Below are positions 10,411 to 20,851 of a stretch of DNA of 64,000 nucleotides, one piece after another. Positions within the stretch are counted from its first letter, which is position 1. Each line of letters begins with the position of its first letter. Made by a program: the position numbers and the translations under genes. The stretch comes from Bacilli bacterium (GTDB taxonomy: Bacteria; Bacillota_I; Bacilli_A; RF39; UBA660), in the NCBI GenBank assembly GCA_017404385.1, contig JAFRCK010000023.1:49917-113916 (forward strand), in the 5' to 3' direction. The notes under the pieces are model-generated. The model saw nothing but the letters and a program-made list of their open reading frames with translations, made no database searches and was not told the origin of the DNA.

Positions 10411-10836
10411 ATGTTCATGGGAGAGTTTCATCATAGTATTGATGAAAAAGGAAGACTTATTATTCCTTCAAAGTTTCGTAATGAACTTGGTAAAAAGTTT
10501 ATTGTTACTAGAGGAATAGAAGAATGTTTATTTGTTTATTCTCTTGAAGAATGGAATAATATGGTTTCAACTTTAAAAGAACTTCCATTTACAAGAAAAG
10601 ATGCCCGTACATTTATGAGAATGTTTTTATCAGGGGCCACTGAGTGTGAACTTGATAGTAATGGCAGAATTAATATTCCAAGTCCATTAATTAATTATGC
10701 ATCTATGAAAAAAGATTGTGTAGTTATTGGAGTTAATGACAGATTAGAAATATGGTCTAATGACAAATATGAAGAATTCTTTAATACTAATATTGAAAGA
10801 TTTGATGAGATAGCGGAGAACTTATTTAATGAGTGA
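10411..10836 (+). CDS. mraZ: Division/cell wall cluster transcriptional repressor MraZ
   Basis: MFMGEFHHSIDEKGRLIIPSKFR, DSNGRI, IGVNDRLEIW. Confidence 0.97.
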   Translation: MFMGEFHHSIDEKGRLIIPSKFRNELGKKFIVTRGIEECLFVYSLEEWNNMVSTLKELPFTRKDARTFMRMFLSGATECELDSNGRINIPSPLINYASMKKDCVVIGVNDRLEIWSNDKYEEFFNTNIERFDEIAENLFNE

Positions 10837-11752
10837 AAAACACTATAGCGTATTACTAGATGAATCAATAGAAAACTTAAATATTAAAGAAGACGGAATA
10901 TATGTAGACTGTACACTTGGATATGCTGGCCATAGTTCACAAATATTGAAACGAATAACAAGGGGTTGTTTATTCGCCTTTGATCAAGATGGGGAAGCGA
11001 TTACCTATAGTCGTAGGATTCTTGATCAAATCAATGATAATTATGAAATTATTAATTCTAATTTCGTAAATATAAAATCTGAGTTAAATAAACGAAACAT
11101 TAATAAAGTTGATGGAATTTTATTTGACTTAGGAGTTTCATCACCTCAATTAGATGAAACTGAAAGGGGATTTTCCTTTCATAAAGATGCAAAACTGGAT
11201 ATGAGAATGAATCAGAATCAAAAATTAAGTGCATATGAAGTGGTTAATAATTATTCTGAATCTGAATTAACAAGAATTTTTTATGAATATGGAGAAGAAA
11301 AATTTGCTAAAAAAATTGCTTCTGGAATAGTAAAGGCTAGAGAAGAAAAAAAGATTGAAACTACCTTAGAATTAGTTGAACTGATTAAAAATAATGTCCC
11401 TGAAAAATATAGAAGGGAGCATCATCCAGCTAGAAAAGTATTTCAGGCAATTAGAATTGAAGTGAATGATGAACTAAATGTATTTGAGAAAGCACTGAAT
11501 GATTCGATAGACCTACTTGCTACCGGAGGAAGATTATGTGTTATTACTTTTCACTCGCTTGAGGATAGAATTTGTAAAAATACATTTAAAAGATTAAGTG
11601 AAGTAGATAAGGTATATAGAGGATTACCTTTTATACCTGATGAATATAAACCTAAGATTAAGCTAATAGGTAAATATAAACCTAGTAAAAAAGAATTAGA
11701 TGAAAATAATAGATCTAGAAGCGCAATATTAAGAGTTATAGAAAAGGAATGA
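10829..11752 (+). CDS. rsmH: 16S rRNA m4C1402 methyltransferase
   Basis: HYSVLL, DCTLGYAGHS, DLGVSSPQLD, FHSLEDR. Confidence 0.97.
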   Translation: MSEKHYSVLLDESIENLNIKEDGIYVDCTLGYAGHSSQILKRITRGCLFAFDQDGEAITYSRRILDQINDNYEIINSNFVNIKSELNKRNINKVDGILFDLGVSSPQLDETERGFSFHKDAKLDMRMNQNQKLSAYEVVNNYSESELTRIFYEYGEEKFAKKIASGIVKAREEKKIETTLELVELIKNNVPEKYRREHHPARKVFQAIRIEVNDELNVFEKALNDSIDLLATGGRLCVITFHSLEDRICKNTFKRLSEVDKVYRGLPFIPDEYKPKIKLIGKYKPSKKELDENNRSRSAILRVIEKE

Positions 11753-11757
11753 TAAAT

Positions 11758-12060
11758 ATGAAAAAAAAGAATAAAAAGAATATTTCAAGATTAGTAAAAT
11801 TTCAAAGAAAGTTTACAATTATTGGAGCAATTGCTTTGTTTGCCATTTGGGGAATTAGTTTTTTTGCTAAGAATTCATTATCATCTCTTAATATAGAAGT
11901 TGAAAGATTATCTAGAAATGTAAAAGAACAAAAAGAGACAAATCAAAGTCTAACTATGAAAATAAATGAACTTGCATCACTAGAAAATATAAATACAGTT
12001 GCAAGTAAATCAGGATTGGCGTATAATAATGATAATATAAGAATAGTTAATGAAAGATAA
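11758..12060 (+). CDS. ftsL: Cell division protein FtsL-like
   Basis: Basic N-terminus, one TM helix and a coiled coil; lies between rsmH and the PBP gene. Confidence 0.8.
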   Translation: MKKKNKKNISRLVKFQRKFTIIGAIALFAIWGISFFAKNSLSSLNIEVERLSRNVKEQKETNQSLTMKINELASLENINTVASKSGLAYNNDNIRIVNER

Positions 12061-12086
12061 TTATTTGAAGATAAGGGAGTGCAATT

Positions 12087-14258
12087 ATGAAAAAATCTAC
12101 TAGTAAGATACACATAAGTAAATTTGTTTTCATAGGTGGACTTCTTTTATTTTGCGTAATAATAGGAAGATTAATATATTTGAATTTAGCCGATAGTATA
12201 GACGGGGTTAATTTAAAAGAATTTGCTAAGAATAGAAATACTACTAAAGAAACACTGTATGCAACTAGAGGTACTATATTTGATAAGAATAATGAAATAC
12301 TAGCAGAAACAGTTGATTCTTATACTGTTATTGCTTTTTTAGATAGTAGTAGAAGTAAGAATTCAAAAACACCTAAACATGTTGTTGATAAGAGAGAAAC
12401 TGCTAAAGCATTATCTCCTTTAATAAATATGACTGAGGATCAAATATATAATCTATTAAACCAAGATGGATTATACCAAGTAGAACTAGGACCAGGCGGA
12501 AGAGGTTTAACAGAATTACAAAAAGATGCAATTGCTAAATTAAATTTACCTGGTATAGATTTTATAGCATCTAGTAAAAGATATTATCCAAACCAAGATT
12601 TTGCATCGTATATACTTGGTTATGTAACAACAGATGATGAAGGAAATAATGTTGGAGAAATGGGAGTTGAATCTAAGTATAATGATGAATTAAATGGTGT
12701 TAATGGATCAGTAACATATCAAAAAGATGCTAGTGGATATAAATTAGTTAATATACCAGAAATAAGAATTGAAAAAGAAGATGGTTTTGATATATATTTA
12801 ACGATTGATAATAATGTTCAATTGATGGTTGAAAGAGCACTTAAAAATGCAGTGGAAGCATCTCATCCAGAAAATGCTATATTCGTAGTTGCGGATGCTA
12901 CCACAGGTAAAGTTATCGCTAGTGCTACTTATCCAAGTTTTGATCCTAATGAAAAAAATATTTCTAATTATTTAAACCCACTTGTTTCAGTTGCTTTTGA
13001 ACCAGGAAGTACTATGAAGATTTATACATATATGGCAACTATGGAAAAAGGTAATTATGATGGAAATGCTACATATATGTCTGGTAGTATGACAGTAGAT
13101 AAATGGACTATTCGAGATTGGAATGGTTGGGGTTGGGGAGAAGTAACCTACGATTATGGTCTTACTATGAGCTCTAATATAGGTATAGCAAATATAATGA
13201 CTCATTATTTAACAGGTGATGAGTTAAGAGCATATTTACAAAAATTAGGATTTGGCCAAAAGACTGGTATAGAATTAGAAGGAGAAGTACCAGGTACAAT
13301 GGATTTTAAATATGAAATAGAGGTTATTAATGCAGGATTCGGTCAAGGTTTAATAACAACAACTCCAATACAACATATACAAGCTTTAACTTCTATCGCA
13401 AATAATGGTTATTTATTAAAACCAACTATAGTAGAAAAAATAGTTGATCCTAATACTAATGAAGTAATATATGAATCTAAAAAACAAAAGGGTACTAAAG
13501 TAGCATCACAAGAAACTGTTAATCATATAAAAGATTTAATGGATCAAGTTGTTAATGCTGGAGATAGAACAGGTACTGATTTCCATCTTGATGGATATGA
13601 TATTATTGGTAAAACAGGAACAGCTGAAATATATGATGAATCTTCTGGTGATTATTTCGCAACTTCATATAAATCATATAGATCTTTCTCTGGAATATAT
13701 CCAAAGGATAATCCAAAATATGTATTTTATTCAGCTTTTAAAAATATAGAATCAAGTTCTTATATAGGAGATGCTGTTAAAGCTGTTATACAAGATTTAG
13801 AAGCTTATTATAATTTAACAAATGTTAGAACTAACACGAAGGAAACTTATAAAGTAGAAAATTATTTGAATAAAGATACTAATTCAGTTAAAGATATATT
13901 AAATGCTAATGGTGTTAAATATGAGGTTATTGGTGATGGTCAAAAAGTTATAAATCAATATCCAGAAGAAGGGGCATATGTCAATGGTAAAATACTTCTA
14001 TTAACTAATGGAAACTTTACAGAAACTAATCTAATTGGAATGTCTAGTAAAACTATTAAGAATTATTGTGATATGATTAGTATTCCATGTAATATAACTG
14101 GTAACGGTTATGTAGCTAGCTATAATCTTGAAAGAGGAGAAAACAATACTATTACTAAAATAAATATTAATTTATCTCAAAAATATCTTGATGTAATAGG
14201 GGCGAATGCAACTAGTCAACCAGAGCCACCAAAACAAGAAGAAAAAAAGACAGAATAA
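12087..14258 (+). CDS. pbpB: Class B division penicillin-binding protein (PBP2B/2X-like, PASTA domain)
   Basis: N-terminal TM, RGTIFD, EPGSTMK (SxxK), SSN, KTGT, C-terminal PASTA-like region; dcw position. Confidence 0.9.
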   Translation: MKKSTSKIHISKFVFIGGLLLFCVIIGRLIYLNLADSIDGVNLKEFAKNRNTTKETLYATRGTIFDKNNEILAETVDSYTVIAFLDSSRSKNSKTPKHVVDKRETAKALSPLINMTEDQIYNLLNQDGLYQVELGPGGRGLTELQKDAIAKLNLPGIDFIASSKRYYPNQDFASYILGYVTTDDEGNNVGEMGVESKYNDELNGVNGSVTYQKDASGYKLVNIPEIRIEKEDGFDIYLTIDNNVQLMVERALKNAVEASHPENAIFVVADATTGKVIASATYPSFDPNEKNISNYLNPLVSVAFEPGSTMKIYTYMATMEKGNYDGNATYMSGSMTVDKWTIRDWNGWGWGEVTYDYGLTMSSNIGIANIMTHYLTGDELRAYLQKLGFGQKTGIELEGEVPGTMDFKYEIEVINAGFGQGLITTTPIQHIQALTSIANNGYLLKPTIVEKIVDPNTNEVIYESKKQKGTKVASQETVNHIKDLMDQVVNAGDRTGTDFHLDGYDIIGKTGTAEIYDESSGDYFATSYKSYRSFSGIYPKDNPKYVFYSAFKNIESSSYIGDAVKAVIQDLEAYYNLTNVRTNTKETYKVENYLNKDTNSVKDILNANGVKYEVIGDGQKVINQYPEEGAYVNGKILLLTNGNFTETNLIGMSSKTIKNYCDMISIPCNITGNGYVASYNLERGENNTITKININLSQKYLDVIGANATSQPEPPKQEEKKTE

Positions 14259-14358
14259 GGATATAATTTCACGTAAAATTATATCTTTTTTTCTTTAATT
14301 TATTTACAAAAGTATTAATAAGTGTTAAGATTACTTTGTTTAGAAGGAGAGATTGTGT

Positions 14359-15765
14359 ATGGAATTTATGAAAAAAACAAAAATAATAACAAGTTTAGGT
14401 CCATCTAGTTATAATGGAGATACATTTGAACAAATGGTTTTAAATGGAGCTAATATCGCAAGAGTTAATTTTTCTCATGCTACTCCAGAAGAAAAACAAA
14501 TGGATATTGATACAGTTAAAGAAGTTAGAAAAAGAACTGGTTTAACTATTGGTTTATTATATGATACAAAAGGACCAGAATTTAGAAATGGTGTTTTTGA
14601 AAAAGATGAAATTACTTTAGTAGAAGGAAATACTATTAGAATTGTTAAAGATGATGTTGTAGGTAATGAAGAAAGATTTACAGTTAATCATCCAGAAGCT
14701 ATTGATAGTATTGAAGTAGGTAATAGTGTTTTACTTGAAAATGGTCTTATGAGATTAGACGTTATTTCTAAAGAAAAAGATGGAATTACTTGTAAGATTA
14801 TTAATGGTGGTATTTTAGGTAATAAAAAGAGTATGGCTGTACCAGGGGTTAGATTAAATATGCCATTTATATCTGATCAAGATAGAGAAGATATAATATT
14901 TGCATGTGAACATGAAGGTGATTATTTAGCTTTATCATTTGTTTCTTGTGCAGAAGATGTATTAGAAGCTAGAAAAATAATTGATGAACATAAATCAAGT
15001 ATGAAAATAATAGCTAAGATTGAAAGTGTTGCTGGATTTAATAATTTAGCATCAATTTTAGAAGTTGCTGATGGAATAATGGTTGCAAGAGGAGATTTAG
15101 GAAATGAATGTCCACTTGATATGCTTCCAATATATCAAAAAGAAATGATAAGAATGGCAAGAGAAGTTGGTAAACCAGTTGTTGTTGCTACTGAAATGCT
15201 TGAATCAATGAAGAAGAGCATGAGACCAACAAGAGCTGAAGTATCAGACGTTTCTAATGCTGTATTTGATGGAACAGATGCAGTTATGTTATCTGGTGAA
15301 ACTACTATGGGTAAATTCCCAGCAGAAACAGTTAAATACATGGCTGAAATATGTGCGACAGCTGAAAAATATTATGATAAAACATTTAACTATAATAATG
15401 AAGGTCAAATTGGATCAATTGCTAAAGGTGTTGTTGAAACAGCTAAAGCATTAGATGCTAAAGCAATTGTAGTTGCTTCAATTACTGGAGAAAGTGCTAA
15501 ACATATTAGTAATTTAAAACCAAATTGCCCAGTAGTTGCTGTTTGTGTTAGCCAAGAAGTAGCAAATAAATTAACTGTTTGTTATGGTATTAAACCAGTT
15601 GTTGGTAAGTTTATTGATGATATGGATCAAATGACTAAACAAAATGTTGATTTAGCTAAAAAGGCATTAGGTCTTAAAAAAGGAGATAAAGTAATTATTA
15701 CTTCAGGTTTATCTAACAAGAAACAAGGAACTATCACTAATTTCATGAAAGTTGAAGAAATTTAA
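14359..15765 (+). CDS. pyk: Pyruvate kinase (canonical motifs)
   Basis: RVNFSH, DTKGPE, AKIE, MVARGDLG, ATEMLESM, PTRAEVSD, MLSGET; AGGAG RBS before ATG 14359. Confidence 0.95.
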   Translation: MEFMKKTKIITSLGPSSYNGDTFEQMVLNGANIARVNFSHATPEEKQMDIDTVKEVRKRTGLTIGLLYDTKGPEFRNGVFEKDEITLVEGNTIRIVKDDVVGNEERFTVNHPEAIDSIEVGNSVLLENGLMRLDVISKEKDGITCKIINGGILGNKKSMAVPGVRLNMPFISDQDREDIIFACEHEGDYLALSFVSCAEDVLEARKIIDEHKSSMKIIAKIESVAGFNNLASILEVADGIMVARGDLGNECPLDMLPIYQKEMIRMAREVGKPVVVATEMLESMKKSMRPTRAEVSDVSNAVFDGTDAVMLSGETTMGKFPAETVKYMAEICATAEKYYDKTFNYNNEGQIGSIAKGVVETAKALDAKAIVVASITGESAKHISNLKPNCPVVAVCVSQEVANKLTVCYGIKPVVGKFIDDMDQMTKQNVDLAKKALGLKKGDKVIITSGLSNKKQGTITNFMKVEEI

Positions 15766-15855
15766 TCAGAGAGAAATCTCTGATTTTTTGTTAAAACTTG
15801 ACAAAATTTAAAAAAATGATATATTATTTAGGCAATAAAGGGAGGTGTTCGTGCT

Positions 15856-16467
15856 ATGAACATGATTTATAGTAGAGATAACATCTTTAAGAGACTACAA
15901 TCTGCAAAGAATTATTATAAGAAAGTATTAGATGAAGATTATTTTTTAATTGATATTATTTATGCTTTTAATAATCTTACAATGAATGAACAAGATTTTT
16001 ATTTGAGTTACAAAGTTGATTCGTATAATCCTAGTTTTGAGGAAGAAAAAGCAAAATTAAGAGAAATAAATAACAAGATGAGAGAAACAATATTAAATGG
16101 AGATTATAAAGTAAGTGATAAGATTAGTGTTGTTATAAAAAATCCAAAATTTAAATCTAGTAAAAAGAATAATAATGAAAAATTGGATAATAAGATTTCT
16201 GATGTTAAACAAGGGAAGATTTTATTAAATAATGGAGTTATTAAATTAGAAGATATACTTGATGAAAATTTTGGAAAAGATGAAAAAGAATTAATATACT
16301 TAAAATATAGTGAGGTACCACCACTAAGTAATTCAGCAGTTGCTTTAAGAAAAGGTGTAGATACAGATGAAGTAAATGAAACTACAAATAAACTTTATAA
16401 GACAGCGTTTGAAACTCATAAAAAATTGGTATTAATAAGGGAGAATTTTAATGAAAGAAAATGTTAA
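15856..16467 (+). CDS. Hypothetical protein with sigma-70 region-4-like HTH
   Basis: EKELIYLKYSEVPPLSNSAVALRKGVDTDEV pattern; TTGACA promoter and GGAGGTG RBS. Confidence 0.55.
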   Translation: MNMIYSRDNIFKRLQSAKNYYKKVLDEDYFLIDIIYAFNNLTMNEQDFYLSYKVDSYNPSFEEEKAKLREINNKMRETILNGDYKVSDKISVVIKNPKFKSSKKNNNEKLDNKISDVKQGKILLNNGVIKLEDILDENFGKDEKELIYLKYSEVPPLSNSAVALRKGVDTDEVNETTNKLYKTAFETHKKLVLIRENFNERKC

Positions 16468-16864
16468 AAAAGAGTTACTTCGTCAATTTAAAGATTATAT
16501 TGATCTAGGGTTTGTAGAAAAAATAATTGACTTATATTATTCAGATATAGAAAAGTCTGATGATAATGAAGAAATGAATAAAGAATTATATATAATTACT
16601 AAACTTCAATATATAATATATTTAAATATTATTAATAGAATTAAAAATGATGATATAGATTCTGAAATATATTTAAATGATAAATTAAAACCTATATACT
16701 TAATTTATTTAAGAAGAAATGGTTTAGATAGTGATGAAAGAAAATATTCTAAAGCCATTGATAATGTAATAGAAAAATATGATGGAAATAGTTCAATTTC
16801 ATCTTGTTTATATAAATCGTTGACAGAAGTATATTCTGATAATATAAAAAAGAAATTGTTATAA
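16451..16864 (+). CDS. Hypothetical protein
   Basis: 137 aa; overlaps the upstream ORF by 17 nt; AGGGAG RBS. Confidence 0.6.
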   Translation: MKENVKKELLRQFKDYIDLGFVEKIIDLYYSDIEKSDDNEEMNKELYIITKLQYIIYLNIINRIKNDDIDSEIYLNDKLKPIYLIYLRRNGLDSDERKYSKAIDNVIEKYDGNSSISSCLYKSLTEVYSDNIKKKLL

Positions 16865-16915
16865 TATTTAACAATTTTTTTGGTTTTATGATAATATTAT
16901 AATAGGTGATATGAT

Positions 16916-17575
16916 ATGAAAGGTAGAATTATTGTAATAGAAGGCGCGTGTGATGGAATAGGAAAATCTACACAATATAATTTATTAAAAGAAAACTTGA
17001 GTAAAAATGGAAAAGTTGTTACCCACCATTTTCCAACATACAATAAAGATCAAGCTAAAGGTGTAGAAGAGTATTTAAGTGGTAATTTAGGTGAGATAAA
17101 TAGTTTATCTCCATATTTTATTAATAACTTATATGCGTATGATAGAGTAATTACATGGGTAAAAGAATTGAAAGAAGAATATGAAAAAGGCTCAATTATA
17201 TTATTAGATAGATATACAACTTCTAGTATTATATATCAAGCAGCAGTAATAGATGATATAGAGGAAAGAAAGAAATTTATAGATTTTGTTATTGATTATG
17301 AATATAATAAACTAGGAATAGGTGAACCGGATACAGTAATATTTTTACATGCGCCATTTGATTTAGTAACTGAACTTAGAAATGAAAGAAAAGATAATGA
17401 AGGTTTAACAAATGATATTCATGAAAGAAATCTTGATTTTATGAAAAAAGTATATGATAATGCTATGTTCGTTGCTGATTATTTAAAGTGGGATAAAGTT
17501 AATTGTGAATCGGATGGAAGGTTTGAATCAATTGATGATATTCATAATAAGATATTGTCAATAATTAATAAATAA
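16916..17575 (+). CDS. tmk: Thymidylate kinase family protein
   Basis: IVIEGACDGIGKSTQ P-loop, LLDRYTTS, PDTVIFL. Confidence 0.9.
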   Translation: MKGRIIVIEGACDGIGKSTQYNLLKENLSKNGKVVTHHFPTYNKDQAKGVEEYLSGNLGEINSLSPYFINNLYAYDRVITWVKELKEEYEKGSIILLDRYTTSSIIYQAAVIDDIEERKKFIDFVIDYEYNKLGIGEPDTVIFLHAPFDLVTELRNERKDNEGLTNDIHERNLDFMKKVYDNAMFVADYLKWDKVNCESDGRFESIDDIHNKILSIINK

Positions 17576-17641
17576 TTTAATTTTTGAAATAAAATGTATA
17601 CAAATTAAAAAAAATGTGTTATTATTAACTAGTAATTTGAT

Positions 17642-17717
17642 GTCTCCTTAGCTCAGTTGGTAGAGCAACTGACTCTTAATCAGTGGGTCTGGAGTTCGAG
17701 TCTCCAAGGGGACACCA
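17642..17717 (+). tRNA. tRNA-Lys (CTT)
   Basis: Cloverleaf, anticodon loop CT-CTT-AA, TTCGA T-loop, encoded CCA. Confidence 0.97.
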
Positions 17718-17736
17718 TTTTATAGTTAATTTAATC

Positions 17737-17765
17737 TTGACAGTTATAATAAAATAAGGTAAAAT
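17737..17765 (+). promoter_or_regulatory. Sigma-A promoter for tRNA-Ile/tRNA-Glu
   Basis: TTGACA(17737)-17 nt-TAAAAT(17760). Confidence 0.75.
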
Positions 17766-17820
17766 TATAAAGCAATGTGGTTTTCCAGGTAATGGATGGA
17801 CCTAGATTGTAACTGTTTGT

Positions 17821-17897
17821 GGACTTATAGCTCAGTCGGTTAGAGCGTCCGTCTGATAAGCGGGAGGTCGATGGTTCGAGTCCATCTAGGTCCACCA
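17821..17897 (+). tRNA. tRNA-Ile (GAT)
   Basis: Cloverleaf, anticodon loop CT-GAT-AA, encoded CCA. Confidence 0.97.
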
Positions 17898-17906
17898 TTT
17901 ATTATT

Positions 17907-17983
17907 GGCCTATTGGTGAAGTGGCTTAACACACCGCCCTTTCACGGCGGCATTCATGGGTTCGAATCCCGTATAGGTCACCA
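17907..17983 (+). tRNA. tRNA-Glu (TTC)
   Basis: CCGCC-CTTTCAC-GGCGG anticodon arm, TTCGAAT T-loop, encoded CCA. Confidence 0.97.
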
Positions 17984-17992
17984 TTTGAAAAT

Positions 17993-18019
17993 AACTAACT
18001 AGAAATAGTTAGTTTTTTT
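17993..18019 (+). terminator. Intrinsic terminator after the tRNAs
   Basis: AACTAACT-agaaat-AGTTAGTT followed by a T tract. Confidence 0.8.
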
Positions 18020-18071
18020 ATTTATTAAATAATCATTATATGTTATTATATTAATACAGAGGTGTATTAAT

Positions 18072-18431
18072 ATGAATAAGTTATTAAAAGTATTATTAAT
18101 TATAGTCTTACTTGTTGTTAGTGTTTATATGACAAGTAATTTATTATCTGTTTCTAAATCTTTAGATCAATGGGGTTTGACATTTACGTTTTATATAGTT
18201 CCTGTTGGAATGATAAATGGCTTATTATATGGATTAATAATTGCTTTATTGGTTGATATTTTAAAAAAGAATGATAAAAGGTTTCCAATTGTAACTTTAA
18301 TGGTTTCTACTTTTATTATAGGTTTTTTATTGATTGGTATCGTTTTAGTAAAATATAATAATAATAAAAATAAATATTCATTTGATTATAGGTATCAATC
18401 AAGTTTTATAGATATAAAAAGGAAGAGTTAA
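18072..18431 (+). CDS. Small membrane protein (about 3 TM)
   Basis: Three hydrophobic segments; GAGGTG RBS. Confidence 0.65.
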   Translation: MNKLLKVLLIIVLLVVSVYMTSNLLSVSKSLDQWGLTFTFYIVPVGMINGLLYGLIIALLVDILKKNDKRFPIVTLMVSTFIIGFLLIGIVLVKYNNNKNKYSFDYRYQSSFIDIKRKS

Positions 18432-19483
18432 ATCTCTTCCTTTATTTTTGTTTTATCTATGATTTCAGCTCGTTTACGTTTTACATAATGGAATATCATA
18501 TAATATACTAATGATACTATTACTAGGAAATAGAAACTAATATTTCTAAATACTAGTGTAGCTCCTTTAGCTATACTTGTTATTCCTAAAACTTCATTTG
18601 TTTCAATTAATAATGCTTCACTAATAATAACTCCACCAGGAACTGGAATAAAGTCAGCTGCGATTGTTAAGAATGCTTGTATTGTTACAGCATAGAATAG
18701 TGATATACCAGTTACACTAAATGATTTATATATAAAGAAGTTTACTAGTAATAAACTTAATCTTTGCATAAATATAATTCCAAATGATTTAAATAATACT
18801 TTTTTATCACTTTTTATATATCTTGATACTTCTCTATATTCTTCTAGGGAAGCTTCAACTTTCTTTTCACTATTATCATCTTTTTTCTTAATATGTAATT
18901 TCCATAAAATACTATAGCCAAAATTTGCTAATTTAACTATAAATTTTTTAGAGAATATTAATGCCATTAATAACGCTACTAACAATGATGTAATTATTAC
19001 ACCTAATAGAGTAAATCCTCTAAAAGAAGGGGTTAAATCTTGTATTTGATTAAAATAGAATATATAGCCAATTAGTACTATTAATAATAAAGCAACTTTA
19101 TATAATATTGTATTTAATATAACAACTATACTACTTACTCTATATGGTATTTTATCTTTATTCATTTCTATCATTTGAACAGGTTGACCACCAGTTGAAC
19201 TAGGAGTAATAGCACTAAAGTAAGTTTCGGTAAAAACATATCCAATTGCTTGATACCATGATATTTTATAATTTAGTTTTCTAAATATATATTTAAAATA
19301 TAGAGCTTCAAAAAATACCCATGATACAACACACAACATCGCGACTAATAAATACCATCCATTACATTTACTCATAGTTTCTTGGAATTCAGTTAATGAA
19401 TAATCCTTAAATACAAATATATACGCTAATATAAACAAAAGTATAAATACTGATGTAGATATTATTTTCTTTTTTAAATTCAT
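18428..19483 (-). CDS. Lysylphosphatidylglycerol synthase TM / flippase-like (UPF0104) protein
   Basis: Polytopic; FSAITPSSTGGQP and FIPVPGG..ISE family motifs. Confidence 0.85.
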   Translation of the reverse strand: MNLKKKIISTSVFILLFILAYIFVFKDYSLTEFQETMSKCNGWYLLVAMLCVVSWVFFEALYFKYIFRKLNYKISWYQAIGYVFTETYFSAITPSSTGGQPVQMIEMNKDKIPYRVSSIVVILNTILYKVALLLIVLIGYIFYFNQIQDLTPSFRGFTLLGVIITSLLVALLMALIFSKKFIVKLANFGYSILWKLHIKKKDDNSEKKVEASLEEYREVSRYIKSDKKVLFKSFGIIFMQRLSLLLVNFFIYKSFSVTGISLFYAVTIQAFLTIAADFIPVPGGVIISEALLIETNEVLGITSIAKGATLVFRNISFYFLVIVSLVYYMIFHYVKRKRAEIIDKTKIKEEI

Positions 19484-19617
19484 ACTCTCACCACATATCA
19501 ATTATAACACATTTTTATAAAAACTGGACCATCAAAATTTATAATTTTTATACTATAATTTGCATATTTAAATAAATTGTGATATCATACATTTCGTTTG
19601 TGAAAGAGGGTTTTTAT

Positions 19618-20616
19618 ATGATAAAACAATTTAATCAATGTAATTCCGCATCAAGAAAAAAAGATTTTGATATTTTATATAATGTAGTTGAAAATAATCA
19701 AAATCTATCAATTGAAGATTTAATTAGAAAGATAGGCATTTCTTTAAAAGAAGATTGTACTTTATATGATATTGAAAAATTCGTTAGTTTTGTTATAAAG
19801 TATCATTATCCTACAAGAGGAACATTTGTAAAAGAAGTTTTAAATAGTAGAAAAAACGGTGATACTAGAATGATAGATGCTCCAAGTGTTAGAAAAATAG
19901 AAAATATGGATGAAATTATGTCTGAAGCATCACCACTTGTTGAACAAGAAAGAACAAGATTAGCATCAGAAATGATGAAATCATATTTAGAAGCTAAAAA
20001 AGAAGGAAAAAAAGTTGAAAGAGATTATAATGATTACTATAAAATAAAGAAAGATTTATGTAGATTAGACTTTGACTTAGTAGTAGATTATTATATAGCA
20101 GTTAATAATTTAAAGCCTATTTCAGTAGAAGAATTAGAACAAATAAAATTTACTCTTGAATTCTTTATTGAACACTTATCAAAAAACTATGAAATGTTTG
20201 GAAAATTAGATTATTTAAAGGCAGAAGATATAGAAAGAATAAAAGATTTTTATATTGAAGGAGAAAGAACATTAGCGCCTCTATATAAAAATAATATAGG
20301 TAAGTTATATGCTTGGAAATTAGGTAAATTAAGAGAGTCTTTAAATAATTATAAAATGTTATCTGATAATCTAAAAAATATAACTGAAAAACATGAACTA
20401 GGTAAATTAGAACCAATAACTACTAATAGAAAAAATAATATTAATAGTGAATCTCCATTCCTAGTTGAATATTATGATCAAATTAATTCTATTGGTAGAG
20501 TTTATGATGGACAAATAAGAAAAATTAACACAGTTACTGATGATAAAAGAAAAGAATTAGAAAAAATATTTGTAAAGAAATTATTATTAGAAAATAATAA
20601 TGTTGAAAATAAATAA
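19618..20616 (+). CDS. Hypothetical protein (helical orphan)
   Basis: Long ORF with GAAAGAGGG RBS before ATG 19618; no recognisable motif. Confidence 0.65.
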   Translation: MIKQFNQCNSASRKKDFDILYNVVENNQNLSIEDLIRKIGISLKEDCTLYDIEKFVSFVIKYHYPTRGTFVKEVLNSRKNGDTRMIDAPSVRKIENMDEIMSEASPLVEQERTRLASEMMKSYLEAKKEGKKVERDYNDYYKIKKDLCRLDFDLVVDYYIAVNNLKPISVEELEQIKFTLEFFIEHLSKNYEMFGKLDYLKAEDIERIKDFYIEGERTLAPLYKNNIGKLYAWKLGKLRESLNNYKMLSDNLKNITEKHELGKLEPITTNRKNNINSESPFLVEYYDQINSIGRVYDGQIRKINTVTDDKRKELEKIFVKKLLLENNNVENK

Positions 20617-20642
20617 TAGCTGTGATATAATTCACTTAACGA

Positions 20643-20851
20643 CAGAAATGAGAAAATAGTAATATAATAAGTGCTTTTAAGAGAGATAACCATTGGTGAG
20701 AGGTTATTAGGTAACATTATATGAATTCACTCTCTAGGTTCTATAATGAAAGTTATAGCGTGTAATTTGCGTTAAAAATATGAGAGCATAGAATATCTAT
20801 GAAGTAAGGTGGTACCGCGTTGAATCGTCCTTACATCATAGGTATTTTTTT
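20643..20851 (+). promoter_or_regulatory. T-box riboswitch with Phe specifier
   Basis: Stem I AGTA...AGAGA...GGTGAGA, GAA-TTC specifier (TTC at 20726), T-box AAGGTGGTACCGCG (20806-20819) pairing with CGTCCTT; upstream of pheS. Confidence 0.92.

Noticed and set aside
17772-17820. tRNA leader as SRP RNA or another known ncRNA
   Set aside because: It lacks the SRP helix-8 motif and is too short.
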